The notes beneath the pieces were generated by a model that searched no databases, was not told the origin of the DNA, and saw only the letters and a list, made by a program, of their open reading frames with translations. Of a DNA stretch of 64,000 nt, positions 11,184 through 20,358 are shown in pieces; positions within the stretch are counted from its first letter, which is position 1; each line of letters opens with the position of its first letter. This DNA is from Planctomycetota bacterium (GTDB lineage: Bacteria; Planctomycetota; UBA8108; SXIK01): assembly GCA_965223845.1 (NCBI GenBank), contig CBDCXR010000004.1, positions 3,787,334 to 3,851,333 of the forward strand, read 5' to 3'. The position numbers and the translations under genes are program-made.

Positions 11184-11833
11184 TGCGCGCCCTCCGCGAA
11201 GAAGTACGCGTAGAGAGGAAGAGACGCGTACCCGACCGCCACGAAGATCGCGAACAGACGACCCGCGATGCGGACGAGCGCAACGCACTTCGGCTGCGAC
11301 AGGCCGAGACTTCGAAACGCGCTTTGAAACCCGTGGCTCACGTGGAGCGCGACGACGCAGGATGCGAAGACGTACCAAATCACGTAGTAGGACCCGTGGA
11401 ACTTGTCGATCACGAGATCGTACAGCGACGCGCCTTCTGCCTTCGCGAACCGGAAGTCCTTGAGGTGGAGAACGAGGAAAACGAGGACGATGATCCCCGA
11501 ATAGATCATGGTCGAGCTCGCGATCGTTCGCTCTCCGGCCGAGGCCCGAGCGACGTAGCGTACGGGGCGCGCACGACGGTTTTCGATCGTCACCCACACG
11601 GCGAAGACGATGTGGACGAGAAAGAGCGCGGCGAGGATCGCTTCCGCCGGGTAGTAGAAGAGGAGGTTCGACGTCATCGCCTCGGCGTAGGCGTCGAAGG
11701 CGTCCTTCCCGAAGAAGAGAAGAAAGTTCCCGAGGAGATGGAGAACCAAGAAGCCGCACAAGAGAAGGCCGCTCACCGCGACGCACTGCTTCTTGCCGAT
11801 GGACGAACAGAGCGTCCGAAACATCCAGGTCAT
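11180..11833 (-). CDS. sdhC: Succinate dehydrogenase cytochrome b558 membrane subunit (type B, single large subunit)
   Basis: A roughly 215-aa polytopic membrane protein with conserved His residues, lying immediately upstream of sdhA with a 4-nt overlap. I chose the start at MTWMFRTL; a nearby alternative Met lies 3 codons downstream. Confidence 0.75.
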
Positions 11834-12039
11834 GAAGGTGATCGAACCTCTCTCATCGTCACCGATTCGGGGTAGACGCCGAACAAGAGCGTTGCTGCCG
11901 AAGCGCGCGTGGGGAGCGGCATACGGGCGAACGCCGCGGGAAGAACCCAGATACTGTAGTCTTCGCATCCGCGCCATCAAGCCCCAACGTCGAGGCGATC
12001 GATCGCCGCCGCAAGCGCGGGCATTCGCCCGGTTGGAGG

Positions 12040-12954
12040 TCAGTTTTCAAGGATACTCTCGGCGGCGACGCTCTCGCGCGACGTGGGAGGCGTCGCGCCG
12101 GCTCGAGCGGCCACGTAGGCGCCGCAGCGACAGCTCCATTCGAGCCACTCGGCGGGAGGGACGCCCCGGAAGTACGCGTCGAGGAACCCAGCGAGAAACG
12201 CGTCGCCGGCGCCGACCGTATCTCCGACTCGAACGCGAAACCCCGGGTGCGCGAAAAATGACCCGGCATTGAGAAGGACGGCCCCGTGCGCTCCCCGAGT
12301 CACGCAGAGCGCAGCGAGCTCGAGCTGATCGGCGAGGCGCGCAAGAGCCGACCGAGCGGCGTCCGGATCCGCGAGATCCTTCGGCCCGGCCTCGCCGGTC
12401 GTCCATTCGTACACCCGCGCAAACTCGTCGTCGTTCATCTTCACGAAATCCGCGACGGCTAGCGAGTCCTTCACGATCGCCGCATCGTCGTACGGGGGGC
12501 GGAGATTGACGTCGAAACATCGGATCGCATCGCGCGCCCAAAGCTCCCGCACCGCGAGCCGCGAGCGCTCGGATCTCTGGGCGAGCGAACCGTAGAGAAC
12601 GAGATCCGCGGCGGGGAGGTCGGGGACGGCCATCCGATCCCACGCCGCGGGCGCCAAGATGTCGTAGGCGGGGATGCCGTCCTCGTCCGTCCGGACGAGG
12701 ACGCGCCCGGTCGGCAGCTCGGGGTGAACCGCGATCCCCGCGGTCGACATGCCGAACGCTTCCATGCGGGAGCGCAGCTCCTCGCCGAGCACGTCGTCGC
12801 CGACCGACGAGACGAGCGTCGCTCCGTGCCCGAGTGCGGTCAGGTGGTAACAGACGTTGAAGACCGCTCCTCCGGGGAAGAGGCCGGCCGGCAGCGAGTC
12901 CCAGAGAACCTCGCCGATCGCGACGATCTCCCCCCGACGCGGTGTCCCGCTCAA
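12040..12954 (-). CDS. PfkB-family carbohydrate kinase (ribokinase/fructokinase/KDG-kinase-like)
   Basis: PfkB signature DTVGAGDAF near the C-terminus and a glycine-rich N-terminal motif. ATGA overlap (12951-12954) with the upstream beta-propeller gene. Confidence 0.85.
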   Translation of the reverse strand: MSGTPRRGEIVAIGEVLWDSLPAGLFPGGAVFNVCYHLTALGHGATLVSSVGDDVLGEELRSRMEAFGMSTAGIAVHPELPTGRVLVRTDEDGIPAYDILAPAAWDRMAVPDLPAADLVLYGSLAQRSERSRLAVRELWARDAIRCFDVNLRPPYDDAAIVKDSLAVADFVKMNDDEFARVYEWTTGEAGPKDLADPDAARSALARLADQLELAALCVTRGAHGAVLLNAGSFFAHPGFRVRVGDTVGAGDAFLAGFLDAYFRGVPPAEWLEWSCRCGAYVAARAGATPPTSRESVAAESILEN

Positions 12955-14306
12955 CGCTGCCCTCCGTCCGTGCCCGATTCGCGCTCGGAGCGGGACGGCT
13001 TGGCCTCACCCCGCTTCGTCCGCAGATCGAACGCGATCAGCTTCCGCTCGTCGCGGACGTAGAGGCGACCGCCGGAAAACGTGGGGACCGCCCACGCCGG
13101 CCAATCGAGGACGTCCGGAACCTCCGCGACGATCTTGTGTCCCTCGGGAGTCAAGCGAAGGAGATAGAGCTGACCGCGCTCGCCGAGAGCGATGAAATGG
13201 CCGTCGCCGTAGATGAACGTTCCCCGGCCGAGCGGGCTCCGCCACCGCCACTTCACGCGGCCCGTCGCGAGCTCGACGCAGTGGAGCTGAGCTTGACCTT
13301 CGTGCCGCCCGGCGAATCCGTACACGTGATCGTCCACGCAAACGATCGTCGACCAGTGGCTGTCGAGGATCTTCTCGCGCGAGAGGAGGTCGTCTTTCCA
13401 CAAGACGTCGTAGTCGTCTGCTCGAAGCCGAAGCGCGACCGCGCCGGTACCGTAGGTCGCCGAGAACAGCAGCTTGTCGCCGACGACGAGCGGCGTCGAA
13501 GCATTGACGGATTCGTGCTTCCTCGAACGCCAGGGAAAGTCCCATTTTCGTCGCCCAGCGACCGGGTCGAAGCACGCCATTCCCCCGCGGTGAAAGACGA
13601 AGAGTCGATCGACGCCAGCGACGGGGACCACGCGCGCGGCGGCGTAGCTTCCGCCTGCGGTCTTCTCCTTCCACACCGTCTCCCCCGTCCGCGCCTCCAG
13701 CGCGAGAGTGAGACCCGAGACTCCCATCGTCCCGCCCAAGTTGACGTAAAGGCGCCCACCGTGAAGCGCCGGGGCGGCGCCGACGCCGAAAAAATTTTGC
13801 GTCAGCGAGTACTCGCCGAGGAGATCGCGCCTCCACGCTTTTCGCCCGCTCTCGAGCTCGATCGCGTGGAGGATTCCGTTCGGGCCCAGTGTGTAAACGA
13901 GCTTCTTCTCCGCTGTGACGTCGACCTGGGGGCAGCAACGCGGCCCCCCGCTATACCCCCACGCGTCGACGTAGTCGGTGTCGTAGCTAAACCTCCAGCG
14001 ACGATCGCCGGTCTCCGGGTCGAGGTCGTCCACGTGCATCTGACCGCGGACGCGATGGAAGAAGATCAGATGCTCGCCGACGACGATCACCGAGCTGTAT
14101 CCCTCGCCGCCAGGGATGCGGAAGAGCTCGGGCGGACCGGTCTCGGGCCAGTCCTTCAGCCAGCCCGTCTCATCGAACGTAGCATCTTGCCGAGGGCCGA
14201 GCCAAAGGGCCCAATCGGTCGCGCTCACGCGCGAAGGGAGCGCGGTTCCGACGATCGCCGCCAGCACTGCGAGCCAACGCCCGTCCCATCGAAGGTTTCG
14301 ACGCAT
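12951..14306 (-). CDS. Secreted PQQ-like / BamB-like beta-propeller repeat protein
   Basis: Repeated W/G-containing blade motifs (LYV..G.L.A.D..TG...W), and a signal peptide after the chosen start MRRNLRWDGRWLAVLAAIVGTALPSRVSA. The upstream 40 aa are Arg/Gly-rich and were trimmed. Confidence 0.7.
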   Translation of the reverse strand: MRRNLRWDGRWLAVLAAIVGTALPSRVSATDWALWLGPRQDATFDETGWLKDWPETGPPELFRIPGGEGYSSVIVVGEHLIFFHRVRGQMHVDDLDPETGDRRWRFSYDTDYVDAWGYSGGPRCCPQVDVTAEKKLVYTLGPNGILHAIELESGRKAWRRDLLGEYSLTQNFFGVGAAPALHGGRLYVNLGGTMGVSGLTLALEARTGETVWKEKTAGGSYAAARVVPVAGVDRLFVFHRGGMACFDPVAGRRKWDFPWRSRKHESVNASTPLVVGDKLLFSATYGTGAVALRLRADDYDVLWKDDLLSREKILDSHWSTIVCVDDHVYGFAGRHEGQAQLHCVELATGRVKWRWRSPLGRGTFIYGDGHFIALGERGQLYLLRLTPEGHKIVAEVPDVLDWPAWAVPTFSGGRLYVRDERKLIAFDLRTKRGEAKPSRSERESGTDGGQR

Positions 14307-14742
14307 CGATCTCTGCCTTTCCCCCGAGCGCGATCCACCACCGGCGACGAGACGCGCTCGCAGCGAGGTCATCGCGCGCGCACCTCGCCCGCGATCACGC
14401 GACGGCGTATTCTCCGCGGATGGCACGCGCCCCGCAACTTTCGTGCGGGTGTGCCCTCGTCCGCGGGACTCGCAGCTCCGGCTGAACGACGTCGCGCCCG
14501 GGAGGGCAAAAGGGAATCGGAAGGGGTCGACCTGGTCGCGTCGAGCGCGACTTCACTCTCGGGGTGCACACTTGGAACACCCCCACGTCCGCGGTCCAAA
14601 CGGTCCCCGGAGGCCGGTGACCACGAGAGCGCGCGGGCAGTCCGAGGTTCTTCTGTCCGCGTCTCGTCAAACCCCTTCCGAACCGATGAGCCTGTCTAGA
14701 CTCGCGCTCTACCATGCCTCAGAACAGTGCAAATGGCACGCG

Positions 14743-14795
14743 AAAAAAACCACCGAGGGGAAGACTTTCCGCCGAGCCTCACGGGCCCCGAACAT
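14743..14795 (-). terminator. Putative intrinsic terminator downstream of the nspC operon
   Basis: On the minus strand a GC-rich imperfect hairpin (GAGGCUCGGCGG...CCCCUCGGUGG) is followed by a 7-U run (plus-strand AAAAAAA at 14743-14749). It lies about 100 nt past the nspC stop. Confidence 0.35.
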
Positions 14796-14851
14796 CGCGG
14801 CTGAACCGCCCGCGAACTCGGAGAGCGGAGCGAGAAACACGGCGACTCGAC

Positions 14852-15997
14852 TCAAGAAAGTCGACGTCGATAGTCGTCGTAGTCGAATTCTCGGACGACG
14901 CGGAGACGATCGGTCTCGGGATCGAAGAGCGCGATCGAGGGGAGCCGAACGCCATTGAACGTCGTCGTCTTCACCATCGTGTAGTGGATCATGTCCTCGA
15001 AGACGACCCGATCTCCCACCCCGAGCGGCTCGTCGAACGAATAGTCGCCGATCACGTCTCCCGCGAGACAAGTCAGTCCGCCGAGACGATACGAGTACGG
15101 TTTCTCGCCCGGGCGTCCCGCGCCGCGAACCTCCGGTCGGTAGGGCATCTCGAGCACGTCCGGCATGTGCGCCGTCGCAGAAGTATCGAGAATCGCGATG
15201 TCGATGACGTTTCGAACGACGTCGAGAACCGACGCGACGAGAACGCCGGTCTCCCACCCGATGGCCTCCCCCGGCTCGAGGTAGACGTCGACTCCGTACC
15301 GCTCGCGAAAGCGGGAGATCAGTGCGCAGAGTCGCTCGACGTCGTACCCCGCGCGGGTAATGTGGTGACCGCCGCCGAAGTTCACCCACTCGACCCGCTC
15401 GAGCGCCGGGCCGAACCCTTCCTCGACTGCGACCAGAGCGCGCTCGAGAACGTCGGCGCCCTGACCGCAAAGCGCGTGGAAGTGGAGTCCCCGAATCGGC
15501 CCGAGAGCGTCCGCCGAGAAGTCGAACTCGCGGCGCGGAATTCCGAGCCGCGACTGCGGCGCGCACGGATCGTAGAGCGCGACCTCGACCTCGGAGTGCT
15601 CGGGATTGACGCGGAGGCCGGGAGACACGCGACCATCGGTCGCCTCTACGGCCCCGCGAAACCGCCGCCACTGCGCGAACGAGTTGAAGCTCACGTGATC
15701 GGCGATCTCGAGGATCGCCGGAAACTCCGCGTCCGAGTAGGCCGGGGCGTAGACGTGGAGCTCACCGCCGAACTCCTCGGCCCCGAGGCGCGCCTCGTGG
15801 AGGCTGCTCGCCGCCGTGCCCGCGAGATAGCGCGCGCAGAGCGGAGCCGCGGCGTGGAGCGCGAATCCCTTGAGCGCGAGAAGCACTCGCGCTCCGCTGG
15901 ACTCGCTGACTCCGCGCAAGACGCGTAGGTTTCGCTCGAGGCGCTTCTCGTTGCAGACGAAGCAGGGCGAGGGCGCCCGAGCGGGATCGAAGGTCAA
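14852..15997 (-). CDS. nspC: Carboxynorspermidine/carboxyspermidine decarboxylase
   Basis: Fold-III PLP decarboxylase motifs, with GGG.H, EPGEAIG and CLAGDVIGDY regions matching CANSDC. The start is a TTG (MTFDPARAPSPCFVCNEKRLERNL) preceded by GGAG, overlapping the upstream stop as TTGA. The 89-aa Arg-rich extension was trimmed. Confidence 0.8.
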   Translation of the reverse strand: MTFDPARAPSPCFVCNEKRLERNLRVLRGVSESSGARVLLALKGFALHAAAPLCARYLAGTAASSLHEARLGAEEFGGELHVYAPAYSDAEFPAILEIADHVSFNSFAQWRRFRGAVEATDGRVSPGLRVNPEHSEVEVALYDPCAPQSRLGIPRREFDFSADALGPIRGLHFHALCGQGADVLERALVAVEEGFGPALERVEWVNFGGGHHITRAGYDVERLCALISRFRERYGVDVYLEPGEAIGWETGVLVASVLDVVRNVIDIAILDTSATAHMPDVLEMPYRPEVRGAGRPGEKPYSYRLGGLTCLAGDVIGDYSFDEPLGVGDRVVFEDMIHYTMVKTTTFNGVRLPSIALFDPETDRLRVVREFDYDDYRRRLS

Positions 15998-17169
15998 AGA
16001 TCTCGCTCCACCCAGGGGAGCCCGTACGTCGGGAGAAGCTCCATGAACGGAGACGGGTCGAGTTGCTCGACATTGAACACGCCCTCGCCGCGCCAGATTC
16101 CGCGGAGCAGAAGCTGGGCCCCGATCATCGCCGGCACTCCCGTCGTGTACGAAACCGCCTGCGCGCCGACCTCGCGGTAGCACTCCGCGTGGTCGCACAC
16201 GTTGTAGATGTACATCTTCCGCGGACGCCCGCCCGAATCTCCCTCGACGATGCACCCGATGCACGTCTTCCCGGCGTAAGTCTCACCCAGACGCCCCGGA
16301 TCGGGGAGGACGGCCTTCAGAAACTGCAGCGGAACGATCGAGTGGCCCTCGTACTCGACTGGGTCGATGCGCGTCATGCCGACGTTCTGAAGGACGCGAA
16401 GATGCGTGAGGTACTCGTCGCCGAACGTCATCCAAAAGCGGATGCGTTCGACCCCCGGAATGAACTTCGCGAGCGACTCCAGCTCCTCGTGGTAGAGGAG
16501 ATACATCCGCCGCGGTCCGATCTCCGGAAAGTCGAACGTCTCTGAGACGGACAGCGGCTCCGTCTCGACCCAGGCGCCGTTCTCGTAGTACTTCCCTCGC
16601 TGCGTGATCTCCCGGACGTTGATCTCCGGATTGAAATTCGTCGCGAACGGGTGGCCGTGGTCGCCGCCGTTGCAGTCGAGGATATCGATGGTTCGAATGG
16701 AGTCGAAGCGCTCCTTCGCGAGGTGAGCACAGAAGATGCTCGTCACGCCGGGATCGAATCCGCAGCCGAGGAGCGCCATGATGCCGCGCTCGCGAAAGCG
16801 ATCGTGATACTCCCATTGCCAGCGATAGCAGAACTTCGCCTCGTCCGGCGGCTCGTAGTTCGCCGTGTCGAGGTAGTGGACGCCAGTCGCGAGGCACGCG
16901 TCCATGATCGCGAGATCTTGATAGGGAAGTGCGACGTTGACGACGAGGTCGGGACCGAAGTCTTCGATCAGGCTCACGGTCTCGTCGACGTGATCCGCGT
17001 TCACCTGGGCCGTACGGATCGGGCGGTCGATCGCCGCTGCGATGCGATCACACTTCTCGAGCGTACGGCTCGCGAGACAGATCTCCTCGAACACCTCCGG
17101 CACCGCCGCGCACTTCCGCGCGACGACGTTTCCCACTCCGCCCGCCCCGATGATGAGTACTCTCGGCAT
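15994..17169 (-). CDS. Carboxynorspermidine/carboxyspermidine dehydrogenase (saccharopine dehydrogenase-like)
   Basis: N-terminal Rossmann MPRVLIIGAGGVGNVVARK and overall CANSDH similarity. ATG at 17169 is preceded by GGAGG at spacing 6; the ORF-track start 5 codons upstream is a GTG without an RBS. Confidence 0.85.
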   Translation of the reverse strand: MPRVLIIGAGGVGNVVARKCAAVPEVFEEICLASRTLEKCDRIAAAIDRPIRTAQVNADHVDETVSLIEDFGPDLVVNVALPYQDLAIMDACLATGVHYLDTANYEPPDEAKFCYRWQWEYHDRFRERGIMALLGCGFDPGVTSIFCAHLAKERFDSIRTIDILDCNGGDHGHPFATNFNPEINVREITQRGKYYENGAWVETEPLSVSETFDFPEIGPRRMYLLYHEELESLAKFIPGVERIRFWMTFGDEYLTHLRVLQNVGMTRIDPVEYEGHSIVPLQFLKAVLPDPGRLGETYAGKTCIGCIVEGDSGGRPRKMYIYNVCDHAECYREVGAQAVSYTTGVPAMIGAQLLLRGIWRGEGVFNVEQLDPSPFMELLPTYGLPWVERDL

Positions 17170-17276
17170 CCCGACCTCCGGCACGGACCTCGCCGCGCCG
17201 AACGGATCGCGGGCGACAGCTCGGAGCCAGGATGTACCCGATGGACCGGGGCGGGAACAGAGCTAATTCACCGCGC

Positions 17277-17300
17277 GAAAACGCCTTCGCGGGCGTGTCG
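17277..17300 (-). terminator. Possible small intrinsic terminator after the dockerin-protein gene
   Basis: The minus strand reads ACGCC-CGCGAA-GGCGU followed by UUUU, about 30 nt after the stop. Confidence 0.3.
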
Positions 17301-17309
17301 ACGTCGGGG

Positions 17310-18500
17310 TCAACAAGAGCCGTAGACACACTCCGTGTGCTCGTCGTCGACGGTCGGGTCCGGGCCGCAAGTCTCGAGACCCGGCGGAGCCGGAGGCGCC
17401 TCACCCTGAAAGAGGCTCCCGAGAAGATGGAGCGGGTCGTTCAGATTGATCCCGCCGTCGTCGTTCACATCGGAGGCATCGGGACAGGGGGATGGATCCG
17501 CGCTCTTGAAGAGGTGGTTCAGGAGAGAAATCGCATCCGAAATATTGACCGATCCGTCGGTGTCGAAGTCGCCGCGGCGAAAGTCGACGGCCGGTGCGTC
17601 GCCGATGATCGCCGTACAGGTGAGGCTACCGTCCTCGCCGCAAGCGATGTCGCAGACGGACGCGACGAGCGTGTAGACATTCTCTCCGGCAACCGGCTCG
17701 GAATCGGTGTACCCCGTCGACGTGACGCGCGGTTGGTTCTCGAGCGGCACTCCGTTTCGCGAGAGCTCGATGCTCGTGTACGCGGTCCCCGCCGGACGCG
17801 TCCAGCGAACGCGAACCGAGCCGTTGTCGCGGACTTCGCAGGTGATCTCGGTCGGGCAGGGATCCGCATCGTCGACGAAAAGCTCCGGCTCGAGAACGAA
17901 ATCCGAGCTGTCGAGCGACGTATTGTGTCCCTGAATCGCGATGACGTTTTCGCCCGCTTGAAGCGAAGCGATCGCCTCGCAGTTGCTGATCACTATGCTC
18001 TGAAACTGATTCTCGCTCGCCCGATTCGTCGCCGTGGCGTCGAACGGAACTGGATCGCCGGGGTTCCCCGGGAGACCGACGCGCGCGGCCTCGATTCCGT
18101 TGATGTACGCCACGAAGCCGTCGTCGTAGCGAATGAAGAGCCTCAGCTTCGAGACCGCACTCGGATCGTCGATAGTAAAGATGCTGCGGATGTAGAGGCT
18201 CCAGAACCCGGTGTTGCCTCCACCGCCCTGCATCCCGTCGATCATGGTGTTGATCCAGGCCTCGCCGTACCCGAGCGCACTCGGACCGAGATCCCAGCGC
18301 CGATCGTCGTACTCGGCGGTGAACCAATCGGGATCGGGCTCTTCCACGCCGGGAAAGTACGTCCAGAGGTCACCGGATTGGATCAGCTGGACTTCTTCCG
18401 TCTTCGCCGGGGCCGCGAACACGAACGCGACGACGAACGGGACCGCAGACCGAGCGAAGCGCTTCGCTCCCACAAGCCTCTTCGGATGAACAGCGCGCAT
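17310..18500 (-). CDS. Secreted multi-domain protein with a C-terminal dockerin-like double Ca-binding repeat
   Basis: A signal peptide (AVPFVVAFVFAAPA), a beta-sandwich-like region, an Ig/Fn3-like stretch, then DFDTDGSVNISDAISLLNHLF...DVNDDGGINLNDPLHLLGSLF followed by PPAPPG..CG. Confidence 0.65.
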   Translation of the reverse strand: MRAVHPKRLVGAKRFARSAVPFVVAFVFAAPAKTEEVQLIQSGDLWTYFPGVEEPDPDWFTAEYDDRRWDLGPSALGYGEAWINTMIDGMQGGGGNTGFWSLYIRSIFTIDDPSAVSKLRLFIRYDDGFVAYINGIEAARVGLPGNPGDPVPFDATATNRASENQFQSIVISNCEAIASLQAGENVIAIQGHNTSLDSSDFVLEPELFVDDADPCPTEITCEVRDNGSVRVRWTRPAGTAYTSIELSRNGVPLENQPRVTSTGYTDSEPVAGENVYTLVASVCDIACGEDGSLTCTAIIGDAPAVDFRRGDFDTDGSVNISDAISLLNHLFKSADPSPCPDASDVNDDGGINLNDPLHLLGSLFQGEAPPAPPGLETCGPDPTVDDEHTECVYGSC

Positions 18501-18835
18501 CACACCCTCCCTCACGAACGTTCGCGACGCATCGGCCGCCGGATCGTAGCGAATCGAATCTCAAACCGGACGGCTTTGCGAGACCACAGTCGCGCCGCTC
18601 AGCGAGCGGCTCCGACCGAGCGGCGCCTCCGAGACCCCTGGAGATCCGCCGCAGGCAAGCGTCCGAGCGCCTTCCATTTAATGAGCGCTCGCCTCCCCTG
18701 TAAAGAACGGCGACGTGTCGACGCCGACTTCACTTGCCGCTCGGCGACGAATCGGTCAACATTCCCAGCCCGCGGGCGAGAGCCATCTACGATGAGGAGC
18801 CCGCCGCGAGTCCACTACCGCAAGGCGAACACCGC

Positions 18836-20140
18836 GTGAGCTCGACGCACAACACCTTCGTGGGATTCGGCTTCGGTGCAATTCAGGCCGGGCTCTTCGC
18901 GCTCGAGGCCCAGCGCTCCGGACGCTTCGAGCGGATCGTGCTGGTCGAGGTCATCCCGGAGCTGGTCCACGCCGTTCGAGCGGCCGAAGGACGCTTTCGC
19001 GTCAACGTCGCCCACCTCGACCGGGTCGAGGACGTCGGCGTCGGTCCCGTCGAGATCTACGATCCCGCCGACGCGAGCGATCGCAGCCGGATCGTTCGCG
19101 CGATCGGCGAGGCCGCCGAGCTCGCCACGGCCGTTCCGAGCGTCGGCGCCTACTCGACCGGCGAACCCTCGAGCATCGACCGGCTGCTCGCGGACGGACT
19201 CGCCGCGCGACACGGGTCGGATCGCTCCGCGCCGCCACTCGTCGTCTACGCCGCGGAAAACCAGCTCGAAGCCGCAGCGATCCTCCGCGGAAAAGTCGCG
19301 AGCGCACTCGCGGGGACACCGCACCGCGACGCGGTTCTCTCCGGCGCCTGCTTTCTCGATACGGTGATCGGGAAAATGAGCGCGGTCGTGAGTGATCCTC
19401 GCCGTATCGCGGCGGAAACGCTCGCTCCGATCGCTCCAGGGATCGACCGCGCGTTCCTCGTCGAAGCGTTTCGCCACATTCTCGTCTCGCGGGTAGAGCG
19501 CGCCGACGGAACGCGCATCGATCGCTGCCTCGACATCTTCGAGGAGAAGGTCGACCTCACGCCTTTCGAGGAAGCGAAGCTCTTCGGTCACAACGCGACG
19601 CACGCGCTCGCCGGCTACCTTGCGGCGGCGCTCGGAATCGGTCGGATGGCGGAAATCGCAAGCGTTCCGGGGGCAATCGAGTTTCTTCGCGACGCGTTCA
19701 CCACGGAGTCTTGGCCCGCGCTCGCAGCTCGTTGGGCGGACGTCGATCCGCTCTTCACCACGTCCGGCTACGCGCGCTACGGCGACGAGCTCATCGACCG
19801 GATGCTCAATCCGTTCCTCGGCGATCCGGTCGCCCGCATCACCCGCGATCCCGAGCGCAAGCTCGGCTGGGATGATCGACTCGTCGGCGTGGTGCGACGG
19901 GCGCGCGCAGCCGGGGTGCCCGCACGGCGCTACGCGCTCGGGACGGTCGCGGCTCTCGATGCGAATTCCCCGGCGCTCCTCTCGAGCTGGTCCGAAGCCG
20001 AGACGTTCCTCCGAAACCTCTGGCCCGCGAGCGCGCCCGCCGGCGAAGTCGAGGCGATCCTCGATCTCGTTCGCGACGCAACGGGGGCGTTTCTCCGGTG
20101 GCGGAGCTCGGCGAGCCGAACATTTCCCTCGGTCGAGTAG
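18836..20140 (+). CDS. Mannitol dehydrogenase family protein (mannitol-1-phosphate 5-dehydrogenase-like)
   Basis: N-terminal FVGFGFGAIQAGLF resembles MtlD HFGAGNIGRGF, and C-terminal EEAKLFGHNATHALAGYLAAALG resembles [22 protein letters not shown]. I chose the GTG start at 18836, which places the Rossmann motif 7 residues from the N-terminus as in MtlD; the ORF-track start is a TTG at 18734. Confidence 0.6.
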   Translation: MSSTHNTFVGFGFGAIQAGLFALEAQRSGRFERIVLVEVIPELVHAVRAAEGRFRVNVAHLDRVEDVGVGPVEIYDPADASDRSRIVRAIGEAAELATAVPSVGAYSTGEPSSIDRLLADGLAARHGSDRSAPPLVVYAAENQLEAAAILRGKVASALAGTPHRDAVLSGACFLDTVIGKMSAVVSDPRRIAAETLAPIAPGIDRAFLVEAFRHILVSRVERADGTRIDRCLDIFEEKVDLTPFEEAKLFGHNATHALAGYLAAALGIGRMAEIASVPGAIEFLRDAFTTESWPALAARWADVDPLFTTSGYARYGDELIDRMLNPFLGDPVARITRDPERKLGWDDRLVGVVRRARAAGVPARRYALGTVAALDANSPALLSSWSEAETFLRNLWPASAPAGEVEAILDLVRDATGAFLRWRSSASRTFPSVE

Positions 20141-20358
20141 CGGGACCGCGCCGCCCGTCCGGTGAGCGGGGCCACGCGGCGGTCTCCCACCGTCCCGCTC
20201 GACGCCGCCGGCGCCCGGGCTCGATCGCGAGCGAAGGGCTGCCACGGAACGGTGAATTTGAGAGAATGGCCGGCCGGCTCCGCGCGCGACGCGGGTGGAC
20301 GCAGCGGACGGACGAGCAACGACACCGAACGACCGAGAGGAATCCCCAGAAGTCTACG

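Noticed and set aside
14307-14742. Possible cobalamin or other riboswitch in the long leader.
   Set aside because: I could not find the B12 box, the GGTGAAA-TCC element or other class-defining motifs. It is kept only as an unexplained structured region.
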